The notes under the pieces: model-generated
Seen by the model: only the letters and a program-made list of their open reading frames with translations
Told to the model about the DNA's origin: nothing
Database searches by the model: none
In this document: in pieces, positions 1-8,436 of the stretch
Position numbering within the stretch: position 1 is the first letter of the stretch
Layout: each line of letters starts with the position of its first letter
From: Limnochordia bacterium
GTDB taxonomy: Bacteria; Bacillota; Limnochordia; DTU080
Assembly: GCA_050951545.1 (NCBI GenBank)
Contig: JBMNJG010000007.1
Coordinates: forward strand, 64,001 to 128,000
DNA length: 64,000 nt
Direction of reading: 5' to 3'
Program-made: the position numbers and the translations under genes

Positions 1-654
1 GCGGTACTGGCCAAATATGACGTGGCTCCCACCGAAAACGAGTTTGACTTTGTCGACCAGTCAGTAGCCGAAATACTACGCACGCTGGCCAAGAGTGCAG
101 GGCTCAATGTGCTCGTGGAAGGGGCGATCAGTGGTCGGCTGACCATCTATCTGAAGGATGTCTCGGCACGTGAGGCGATCAACCTGGTAGCAGAAAGAAC
201 AGGTGTGGTTCAAGAAGAGACGGCAGACAACATCCTGATTTTGCGCCAAGGCACCGCCAAACCAGCGCTGGTGGAGCCAGTCGATAGCCGTATTCTTCCC
301 CTAAAGTACCTACCGCTTAATACAGGAAAGGAACTGATTGTAGCAGCCTTTCCACGCATGGATGTCCGTACCGGTCAGGGTGGCAACTTTTTGGTGGTGC
401 AGGGGCCTGCCAGTCAGCTCGATGCAGTGGAGGCCTTCTTGGCCGAGCAGGATTTCCCCGTCGTCCGTCTGGTTGGCTTAGTCCAGCACGACACAGGTCT
501 GAGGGCGTTACTAGAGATCGCTGGTCGTTCGCATATCGTGCGCGAGGGCCAGGTCCTAGATGATCTGGTGGTGGAGCGCATCACACAGACGAGTGTTGTC
601 GTACGTAAGGGAGAGCGGACACAGACCCTGACGGCAGGTGGTGCAGGCCAGTGA
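1..654 (+). CDS. 5'-partial pilus/T2SS protein: secretin N-terminal-like (STN/N) domains plus C-terminal PilP/GspC-like domain
   Basis: Frame is open from base 1. FDFVDQSVAEILRTLAKSAGLNVLV..LTIYLKDVSAREAI is STN/N0-like; ILPLKY..NFLVVQG..LDAVEAFLAEQD is a secretin N repeat; the C-terminus LVGLV..RALLEIAGRSHIVREGQ..VERITQTSVVV is PilP/GspC-like. Overlaps the next start (GTGA). Confidence 0.7.
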   Translation, partial: AVLAKYDVAPTENEFDFVDQSVAEILRTLAKSAGLNVLVEGAISGRLTIYLKDVSAREAINLVAERTGVVQEETADNILILRQGTAKPALVEPVDSRILPLKYLPLNTGKELIVAAFPRMDVRTGQGGNFLVVQGPASQLDAVEAFLAEQDFPVVRLVGLVQHDTGLRALLEIAGRSHIVREGQVLDDLVVERITQTSVVVRKGERTQTLTAGGAGQ

Positions 655-2342
655 AGAGTGTGACGGGTGCCAGACACACAGCTTTCATCGGGCGACTGAT
701 CGTGGCAGTCGTCTGCACCCTGGGGTGGTTGTTGGCTGCGGGGCCATCTGCTGTAGCAGCCCAACCACTGGCACCAGAAGCCTCAGGCTTAGTTACTCTC
801 TCGCTACATGACGCTGATGCCAAGAGCGTGTTTACGCTCTTGGCTGAGCTGGCGGGTCTTAATCTCGTCGTGGACCCTGCAGTACAAATGCCTGTGACCA
901 TCTCACTGCGTGAGGTGCCTGTGCGAGAGGCGATAGCCCTCAGTGCCAAAGCTGCCCGAGCTTCGGCTGTGATCACGGGGGATCTCCTTGTGGTGAGCGC
1001 AGTCGAGTCGATGGAGGGTGACCGGCCTTCGTTGGAGGCAGTGCTGACGAACGTCTACATGTTACAGCACGTTGAGCCAAACAAGGTGGTCGAACTGGCC
1101 AACCTGGTGGTGCCCACACTCAAGGTCAGTGGTGATGAGACCACCAAGCGCCTGGTTGCTCGGGGCACGATGGCTGAGCAAGAGGAGTTCGCGCAGTTTC
1201 TCAGCCAGTTTGATCGCCCATTGCGGCAAGTGCTTATCGAGGCCCGGGTGGAGGAAGTATCACGCGAAAGTGCGCGTTCTCTTGGTGTGCGATGGAGTAT
1301 ACCCAAGATTTCGGCTCAGTGGAATGCCGAAATTGGCTCACTGCCGTTCTCTGTGGAGAAGCTTGAGGCTCAGCTGGATGCGTTGGAGGAGACTGGGCAT
1401 GCTCGCCTATTGGCCCGACCGAATATCACGGCGGTTAGCGGCGAGAAGGCCACCATATTCGTCGGCGATCGCATCCCGATTGTCCTCAAGGGTGGGCCGG
1501 AAGAGCGCGACCGCATCGAGTACATCGAGGCTGGCATACAGCTAGAGATCGTGGCCAGAGTGGGTGATGATGGCCTAATCACCACTCACGTGAAGCCGCA
1601 GGTCAGTAGTATTGTCGGTCAGACAGCCACGGAAGGCCTACCACACATTCGTACCCGGACTGCAGAAACGACGGTGCGTGTTGTTGATGGCGAATCGATC
1701 GTTATCGGTGGCCTGATTCAAGAAGAAGACCGGGAAGGTATGGCTGGTTTGCCCGGCCTGGGGAGCTTGCCTATCGTGGGAACGCTGTTTCAGAGGGATG
1801 AGATCAAGGGCAGGCAGTTTGAGACCCTGATTATCCTTACGCCCCACATTGTCGATGGGGCATCAGGGGAGGTCGCCTACAGAGATCGTGTGCAGCAAGA
1901 TCATGACTGGCTCACTCCACTGCCCGCCGTCGATATAGAGACCCGAGAGAGGCGGTTTGCCCCGCGGGCGGTGCTCAGCATAGCCTTACCAGCCTCTGCG
2001 CAGGGGGAGGTAGCTCTTGGCTGGGCCAATCAGTGGTCGCGTTGGGAGATGCGTTTGGCCTTGGCCTTTCAGGACACGGAAACCGACAATCTGCGCTGTG
2101 GCCTAGGGTGGCGTATTGACGATCGCTGGGCATGGTTGCGCGTGGGGGGCGACGCAGTGCTCTCCACCGATGCTCTCGCGAAGCGGCCGCGGTGGGAAGC
2201 GGAACTCGCGGTGGGGCTTAATCTGACGCCACGCAGCGATGTCTTCGTTGAGCCTTGGGCCAGCATGACATGGCCCGTAAACAGCCAAGGTTTCGGCGCC
2301 ATGCGCCCAGCTATCGGTCTTTCGCTTGGCGTGCGTAACTAG
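651..2342 (+). CDS. Secretin (PilQ/GspD family) with ~130-aa C-terminal extension
   Basis: Signal peptide; RQVLIEARVEEV, LLARPNITAVSGEKATIFVGDRIP, VDGESIVIGGLI, LGSLPIVGTLF and LIILTPHIV secretin motifs. Confidence 0.93.
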   Translation: MKSVTGARHTAFIGRLIVAVVCTLGWLLAAGPSAVAAQPLAPEASGLVTLSLHDADAKSVFTLLAELAGLNLVVDPAVQMPVTISLREVPVREAIALSAKAARASAVITGDLLVVSAVESMEGDRPSLEAVLTNVYMLQHVEPNKVVELANLVVPTLKVSGDETTKRLVARGTMAEQEEFAQFLSQFDRPLRQVLIEARVEEVSRESARSLGVRWSIPKISAQWNAEIGSLPFSVEKLEAQLDALEETGHARLLARPNITAVSGEKATIFVGDRIPIVLKGGPEERDRIEYIEAGIQLEIVARVGDDGLITTHVKPQVSSIVGQTATEGLPHIRTRTAETTVRVVDGESIVIGGLIQEEDREGMAGLPGLGSLPIVGTLFQRDEIKGRQFETLIILTPHIVDGASGEVAYRDRVQQDHDWLTPLPAVDIETRERRFAPRAVLSIALPASAQGEVALGWANQWSRWEMRLALAFQDTETDNLRCGLGWRIDDRWAWLRVGGDAVLSTDALAKRPRWEAELAVGLNLTPRSDVFVEPWASMTWPVNSQGFGAMRPAIGLSLGVRN

Positions 2343-2358
2343 GAGGTGACAGATACCT

Positions 2359-2832
2359 GTGGGTAGAGCCAGAACCAGAGCCGCTGAGGCGGGGTATACC
2401 CTCTTAGAGGTGATCGTGGTGATCACCGTGCTCATGATACTGAGCGGGGCGGCGCTCAGCATGATGCGCAGTGGCACCACCTCTGCAGCTCGCTTCAGGT
2501 ATCTGTTCAACGCTCAGACCCGTCTGACCAGGGTTATCAAGGAGATCAGCTACGGCTATGGGGGTAGCCAAGGTGCAGCAGGTGCGTCCAAGGTTGAGAA
2601 ACTGGAGGATGGCTCTTTGCGCATCGATGACGTGGAGTACTTCATGGAGGGCAGTACGTTGAAGCGTAGGCGGGCGGGAAACGAGAGCGTTGTTCTAACT
2701 GGGGTCGAGAGCTTTGAGCCCACAGTGACTGGGCAAGTGCTCAGCATCATCTTGGCCGAGGCTCCCGCAAAGGCTGGGGGCCAGGGATTACGCGTGACCC
2801 AACGCGTCTTCCTGCGAGGTGTTGGCCCATGA
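2359..2832 (+). CDS. Type IV pilin-like / pseudopilin
   Basis: Prepilin cleavage motif G|YTLLEVIVVI followed by a hydrophobic helix; AGGAGG RBS. Confidence 0.9.
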   Translation: MGRARTRAAEAGYTLLEVIVVITVLMILSGAALSMMRSGTTSAARFRYLFNAQTRLTRVIKEISYGYGGSQGAAGASKVEKLEDGSLRIDDVEYFMEGSTLKRRRAGNESVVLTGVESFEPTVTGQVLSIILAEAPAKAGGQGLRVTQRVFLRGVGP

Positions 2833-3182
2833 GAGGTGACGATCGTGGAGCGACCCTTATCGAAGTGATCATGGGTATTGTGCTTCTGGGCCTCTTGGCA
2901 CCTGTCATCTTCTATATGGTTTTCTCGATCAGCCAGAGCTTCAGGCGGACCATGGAGCAGGAGCAAGTCTACCAGTTGGTGCAGTCAGCGATAGAACAAG
3001 CGAAAGCCACTGGTCCTGAGACAGTCGGTGAAAAGATCGCAACCTCCCTGCCACCCGGCTACTCCGTCGAGGTGGCCCAAGAGGATCCGCAAGTGGACGA
3101 ACTCGATGTGGCGGCTTATCGTGTGAGGGTTGCCAAAAGCGATGGCACAAGGTTCGAATTCGCGTATTACTGGAAACCGTAG
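2829..3182 (+). CDS. Type IV pilin-like / pseudopilin
   Basis: G|ATLIEVIMGI prepilin motif; ATGA overlap with the previous gene. Confidence 0.9.
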   Translation: MRGDDRGATLIEVIMGIVLLGLLAPVIFYMVFSISQSFRRTMEQEQVYQLVQSAIEQAKATGPETVGEKIATSLPPGYSVEVAQEDPQVDELDVAAYRVRVAKSDGTRFEFAYYWKP

Positions 3183-3214
3183 GGCGCAGCCTGCGGATGG
3201 AAAGGAGTTAGCCT

Positions 3215-4567
3215 ATGCTATCTACGGGCAGAACCACCAGGATTCTCGCCAAGGAAGAGCGGGGTTCTGTGATGATCACCGTTATGATCTCTTTCTTGCT
3301 CGCTGCCTCAATTCTGGGGGCGACCACGGTGATGGTGCCAGTGCTCTGGCGCAATACGACAGCCTTTGGTCGCCAGATGCTGGCCATGCAAGCTGCGGAA
3401 TCCGGACTGGAGCATGCCAAAGCGTGGATAAAGGTGAATGGGCTAGCCAAGTTCGGTGGGGAATACCCTCACACGCCCACGAAGGCTCAGCATGCCGTCG
3501 CTGATGGGGGTTCGTTTGCGGTGGTGTACGCGGACGGCAGACTGATCTCAACGGCCACCTACGCTGGTGTGAAGCGCACTGTAAGTGCCGCGGTGGCGAA
3601 CACAGGTCACCCTACGGCGGCGATCTATGGCACGAGCGGAGATGACGGGAAGTGTTTCGAGATGATGGGGTCGGCAAAGATCGACGGCTCCGTGGCCGTT
3701 GCGGCAACAGGAAGAAACTCCGTCTCTCTGAAGGGCAGTTCCGAGGTGACTGGAGATTTCCTTGTCGGCCCTGGAGGAAATCCAGCTCAGGTGATCTCCG
3801 GGCGGGAGCACATCAGAGGAGATGTTGACGCCCTCGCAGCGACGCCGAGCTACCTTCTCCCCCCCTTCCCGTCGTTTCCCAAGGACAAGTCACCTCGCGA
3901 TGACGTCAGCACGAAGACGAAGAAAGAGATCACCGAGAGCGGGTACTACCCAAAGATAACGGTTGAGAAAGGTGACACACTGACCTTTGATGTCTCAGCG
4001 GGCGACCTGGAGATCTGGACGAGTAGCTTGGACCTCAAGAACGGTCACATTCAGTTGGTAGGGGAGCACAGGCTGTATCTGTACGTGGATGGCAAGGTTA
4101 ATCTTCAGCAAGGCTCGACCATCAACAGCGGGGGTGACTCCGAGGCCTTGGTGGTCTACTACAGCGACAAGCACCAGATCAAGTTTCACAAAGACACGAC
4201 CTTTGTGGGAACGCTGTATGTCGGAAGCAAGGACGCGAAGCTCGAATTCGCCAGCGATGATTCCGAGTCCGAGGAGAACATCCTCGGTGGTAGTCGTTTT
4301 AGGGGCAGCATAATCTCCGCTGGTGAGTCCATTACGTTCAAACACGGAGCGTCGTTTGAGGGAATGCTCTACGCGCCGGACGCTCGTTTGTCGATGCGAA
4401 ACAGCGCGTCCATTAGCGGGAGCCTCGTCAGCAAGAGCATAGAGATGCGTCACGCATCGATGGTTACCTATGAACCCGTCGATGTCGCTGGTATACCTGG
4501 TATCGGTATCCCCGCCTTCGAGGACGGCGAGATCTCCTTCGCGGGGTGGCGCGTGGTCAACCCTTAA
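3215..4567 (+). CDS. PilX/GspK-like minor pilin with large beta-solenoid-like C-terminal domain
   Basis: EERG|SVMITVMI (no E5); A..AAESGLEHA PilX N-terminal motif; GTLYV / GMLYAPDA / GSLVSKSI repeats. Confidence 0.8.
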   Translation: MLSTGRTTRILAKEERGSVMITVMISFLLAASILGATTVMVPVLWRNTTAFGRQMLAMQAAESGLEHAKAWIKVNGLAKFGGEYPHTPTKAQHAVADGGSFAVVYADGRLISTATYAGVKRTVSAAVANTGHPTAAIYGTSGDDGKCFEMMGSAKIDGSVAVAATGRNSVSLKGSSEVTGDFLVGPGGNPAQVISGREHIRGDVDALAATPSYLLPPFPSFPKDKSPRDDVSTKTKKEITESGYYPKITVEKGDTLTFDVSAGDLEIWTSSLDLKNGHIQLVGEHRLYLYVDGKVNLQQGSTINSGGDSEALVVYYSDKHQIKFHKDTTFVGTLYVGSKDAKLEFASDDSESEENILGGSRFRGSIISAGESITFKHGASFEGMLYAPDARLSMRNSASISGSLVSKSIEMRHASMVTYEPVDVAGIPGIGIPAFEDGEISFAGWRVVNP

Positions 4568-4751
4568 GTCAGAGGAGTACACACGGAAAATAGCCGCGAA
4601 CTGCCGCTCGCGCCGTCGCCGTGTCTCTTGGTACACCCGAAAATCAGTGCAGACGTGTAGCCCTGATCGCCGGCGGCGGGTGGACGCGCACTAGCATTGG
4701 CTGCACGGCTGATGTGAGCCCTGACGAAGTGGACGAGGTTACCCAGGGTGA

Positions 4752-5813
4752 TTACTCGTCTTGCGTTTCCTCTGATTCGCTGGCGGTTCCCCAGCCACGT
4801 TCATCTATTCTTTGCTGGTACTCACCGCATCTACACTCGAGATAGTTGATGAGCTTCCGGTTGAAGTCCTGACCGCGCCGGAATGGCAGCCGCCTGTGAA
4901 TCTTGCGCTTGATGATCTTGCAGGACAGCTCGTGAGCCTGAATCACGATCAGCTTGATCTTCTTCTTAGCGCAGATCTGCTGTTTGGTCTGGTCACGGCA
5001 TTGCTGCTTATGGACCTGCTCAGCCGAATTCCGCTCCGTGACGCGGTAGTGTTGCGCCCCATTGAACTCCATGGCCGTATTGTGCAAGTAATAGAAGAGA
5101 TCGACCTCCAGACGCTTGCCAGTTGCTGGGTTCCTCATGAAACCTGGGCGCATTCCGTCGTCGAAGTCAAGGCAATCGACAAGCGCCAAGAAGATAGCCT
5201 GCATGAGAGCCTCTCCGAGGTGCGTAGCGCGGTGGAGCTCATCCTGCACGTCTAGTATTTCTTTTACATTTCGCTTATCAACCGGGTTGTGGAGAGTGAA
5301 GCGAATCGGTGCCCGCTTGTGCGCCTGCTCCATCTCCAGCCAACCATGCTTGGCCAACTGACGAGCCGCGTGTTTGATGGTTTGGGGGCTCAGACTCATC
5401 CGGCCGGCTAACTCAGCGTATGTGAACTGCCTTTTGCGAGGTGGGTCCGTAGGTTTGGACAGCAGTAGGGCATAAACCAATTTGGCCTGTGCATGGATTT
5501 CAGTAGCCATGACTAGCTCGACAGGCACGGAGACCCTGTCCGGGGATGGCTTCTGTGCCGCGGTCTGGCTAGGTCCCCGCCTAGCCGGTGGAGCAAACCA
5601 GCCCTCGGTGGTTAGCTTGGCTGTCGCCCTGCGAACGGTAGGCCGGGACATACCCGTGCGCCGCCCCAGGCGGCTGGGCGAGAAAAGGAAACTTTCCTCC
5701 AGCTGATCATCCATCGTTAAGGCCATCCAAACGATCTTCTCGCTGGCTTTTAGCTCGCGAGTCAGTAGCAGTGAGAGCGGCACGTTCACCTCATCTACAT
5801 AGAGAGAGTACAA
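4752..5813 (-). CDS. Tandem winged-HTH protein with C-terminal Vsr/DUF559/EDxHD-like (PD-(D/E)XK fold) endonuclease domain
   Basis: Internal duplication (VNVPLSLL..KIVWMAL..RLGRRTGMSRPTVRRATAKLTTEGW vs VSVPVELV..KLVYALL..ELAGRMSLSPQTIKHAARQLAKHGW); C-terminal GE..RPGFMRNPATGKRLEVD..AMEFNGAQHY..QCRDQTKQQIC..IKLIVI. Start placed at TTG 5813 behind GAGGTGAGG; the ORF is open to 5933. Confidence 0.75.
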   Translation of the reverse strand: MYSLYVDEVNVPLSLLLTRELKASEKIVWMALTMDDQLEESFLFSPSRLGRRTGMSRPTVRRATAKLTTEGWFAPPARRGPSQTAAQKPSPDRVSVPVELVMATEIHAQAKLVYALLLSKPTDPPRKRQFTYAELAGRMSLSPQTIKHAARQLAKHGWLEMEQAHKRAPIRFTLHNPVDKRNVKEILDVQDELHRATHLGEALMQAIFLALVDCLDFDDGMRPGFMRNPATGKRLEVDLFYYLHNTAMEFNGAQHYRVTERNSAEQVHKQQCRDQTKQQICAKKKIKLIVIQAHELSCKIIKRKIHRRLPFRRGQDFNRKLINYLECRCGEYQQRIDERGWGTASESEETQDE

Positions 5814-5976
5814 GGGCCTCACCTCACACAACGACCGTGTGTTCGATTGTCTCGATGCGATGTTCGGTACGTGAGGCCAGAATCCTTCCACAGACAATAG
5901 TTCTTCGCTGACTGCGCGCGCATTGCCAGCCAAGACCCGGTGGCCACCGAAAGTGAAATGCGTTTCCCGTTCGGAT

Positions 5977-7542
5977 CATCGGCTGAGCGGCAAAAGGCTA
6001 TCGCCACCGTTCAGGTTATGTACCGCCCAGAAGGCTCCAGAAGGGCCGCCAGGGCGGGAAAGCGTGCCCTTGGGCGGGGAAAGGAGCCCTTCGGGCGCTC
6101 AAGATGAGCAAAAAGGGCTTCGCGAAGGCCGCATCGCTGCACTTTTACCACGTACATTGGGCCCGGGGGTTAATGGGGCGGCTCTTCTGCCATCGCCGTC
6201 CGATCCTTGGCCCCGACTCACGTACCAAATCCGGGTGCATCTGGCCGACTACCGAGCCAGTCTCGCGAGCGTGTGCATGGTGTCCGTCCACCCTTTTCGA
6301 AACACACCGACCGGGATAGCAGTGAAGGTGGGTCCGCAGAGGGACCCGAGTGAGCCCGCCGTGATCGCGCACTGGGGAGCTGACCCCATCGACTGAGTGG
6401 GAAAAAGGTATCACCACCGTCGGGTTATGTACCGTCCGGAAGCTCCAGAAGGGCCACCAGGGCGGGAAAGCGCGCTCTTATGGCGGGGAAAAGAGTCCTT
6501 CAGGCCGTCTAAACCAGCCAAAAGGGCTCCGCGAAGGCCGCATCGCTGCACTCTTACCACGTACATTGGGCCCGGGGGTTAATGAGGCGGCTCTCTTGCC
6601 ATCGCGGCCACATCCTTAGCCCGGCCTCACATACCAATCCGGCTGGTGTCTGACTGCAGGGCCTGTTTCGCGAGCGCGTCCATTGCATCTGTCCACCTTT
6701 TTCGAAATACACCGACCAGGGCAACACCGAAGGGGCGGTTCGCAGAGGGACCCGAGTGAGCCCGCCGTGATCGCGCACTGGGGAGCTGACCCCATCGACT
6801 GAGTGGGAAAAGGCTATCGACATTGTCTGGTTATGTACTGCCCAGTAGCTCCAGAAGGGCCACCAGGGCGGGAAAGCGCGCTCTTTTGGGGGGAAAAGAG
6901 CCCTTCAGGCCGTCCAAACCAGCCAAAAGGGCTCCGCGAAGGCCGCATCGCTGCGCTTTTACCACGCATCTGGCCTCGGGGGATACGCTTCACTTCGACC
7001 CTACCAGAATGGCCTAGAAAGCTCACGGTAAGCTAGGCTGACAAAACAGCGCGCTCACCAAAAACCTGCCATCGATCCAGACCCCAAGCTGCGGGCCATG
7101 GATTCTGATGGACAACTCCTCCATGAGTTGCCCACAGACTCCACAGCCCCGACCAAAGACATCCATTGATTCATTTATTCGTTGTTTCTGGCTGTTATCT
7201 AGTTGGGCACGCAGTTGTTTTCTTCGCGATGGTGCGCTGCCGCGGTAGGGGCCAACCCCCGGAATGCAGAAAACCCTCTTCTCGGGAAAAGAGTGAGCGT
7301 TCGAAGCATCCCCTCCAAACGGCTTGGTCGAGTGAGCCCGCCGTGATCGCGCACTGGGGAGCTGACCCCAATCGACTGAGTGGGAAAAGGCTATCGACAC
7401 TGTTCGGTTATGTACCGTCCGGAAGCCCCAGAAGGGCCACCAAGGCGGGAAAGTGTGCTCTCAGGCGGCGAAAAGCACCCTTCAGGCGGTCCAAACCAGC
7501 CAAAAGGGTTCCGCGAAGGCAGCATCACTGCGCTTTTGCCAC
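5977..7542. repeat. Non-coding array of four ~215-nt conserved repeats (5977-6151 truncated, 6347-6560, 6753-6965, 7329-7542)
   Basis: Direct alignment. CGAGTGAGCCCGCCGTGATCGCGCACTGGGGAGCTGACCCCA is identical in copies 2-4; GGTTATGTAC..CCAGAAGGGCC..GGCGGGAAAG..CGCGAAGGC is in all four. Periods are about 410, 406 and 576 nt. Indels break frame between copies. Confidence 0.95.
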
Positions 7543-7565
7543 CAACCCAAGTGAACGTAGGCAGA

Positions 7566-8270
7566 TCACCGCGGTTTTGCACGTGGCCCTGCCGAGGTGT
7601 TTCGAAGGTACTTGAGCACCGCGGTGACGCGGGGCTGTGTGTGAGGGTCGCTAGTATCGATGTTGAGCTGGCGGTAGATCTGGCTGATGTGGTTTTCTAC
7701 CGACTTGGATGCCAGGAACAGTTTGTCGGCAATGGCTTCGTTGGTGAAGCCTTGGGCTATCAGCGCCAGGACTTCGTGCTGTCTGGGAGTCAGGCTCTCC
7801 AGTACACTACCTTTCCGTGTTGCTGCCTTTTCGACGATGCCAGGGTCCAGTACCAGCAGGCCAGCAGCGACGCCCGTGATAGCGCGGGTGAGGGTAGGCA
7901 GGTCACCTACGGATTTCTTGCGCAGGTAGGCCCATCCGGCGCTAGCCGTAGCAGGTACCGCAGCTAGATAGGCGGGGTCTTGATGGTTTGACAGCAAGAC
8001 AATGCCCAGCGCAGGCAGGTGCTCTCGTAGCTCGAGGCCCAAGCGTACACCGTTCATGGAGCCGCCCAGTTCGATATCCAAGAGCGCCGCATCCGGACAA
8101 AGGCCCGGGGCCTTCTGCAGGGCCGTCTCAGCGTCGCCGAAGGCGCCAACCACCTCCAGTTGCTTCTCTTGCGACAGACCAACTTGGAGAAGCTCCCGAA
8201 AGAGCCCTTCATCCTCAACGATGAGCACTCGCGTTATCCGTCTGACAGATACTACAGCATCCGCTCCCAT
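7566..8270 (-). CDS. NarL/LuxR-family response regulator
   Basis: RVLIVEDE..ALLDIEL receiver; LTPRQHEVLALIAQGFTNEAIADKLFLASKSVENHISQIY LuxR HTH; ATG 8270 follows an AAGGGGGTG RBS. Confidence 0.93.
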   Translation of the reverse strand: MGADAVVSVRRITRVLIVEDEGLFRELLQVGLSQEKQLEVVGAFGDAETALQKAPGLCPDAALLDIELGGSMNGVRLGLELREHLPALGIVLLSNHQDPAYLAAVPATASAGWAYLRKKSVGDLPTLTRAITGVAAGLLVLDPGIVEKAATRKGSVLESLTPRQHEVLALIAQGFTNEAIADKLFLASKSVENHISQIYRQLNIDTSDPHTQPRVTAVLKYLRNTSAGPRAKPR

Positions 8271-8436
8271 CTGTGGCACCCCCTTGCTTACGTGCCGCCG
8301 TACCGCCTGTGCTGCTATGTCCGTCGCTCGTGGGGCGGTTTTCGTCATATTCTGCAGGAAATCCTTCCCTGGCGGCGGCCGTGCCAGGACAACGACCGCT
8401 ATATAGCGAAAGGCGCTCTTACTCGAGGTGACCCAG

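Noticed and set aside
5977-7542. CRISPR array
   Set aside because: Repeats of ~215 nt are far too long, two spacers are homologous to each other, and there are no cas genes.
4568-7565. Classical IS element or group II intron
   Set aside because: I found no DDE, HUH, RT or recombinase motifs, no terminal inverted repeats or target duplication by eye, and no domain V consensus.
5923-7615. Short ORFs across the repeat array as a protein family
   Set aside because: Indels shift the frame between copies, there is no consistent start or RBS, and the similarity is explained by the DNA repeat.
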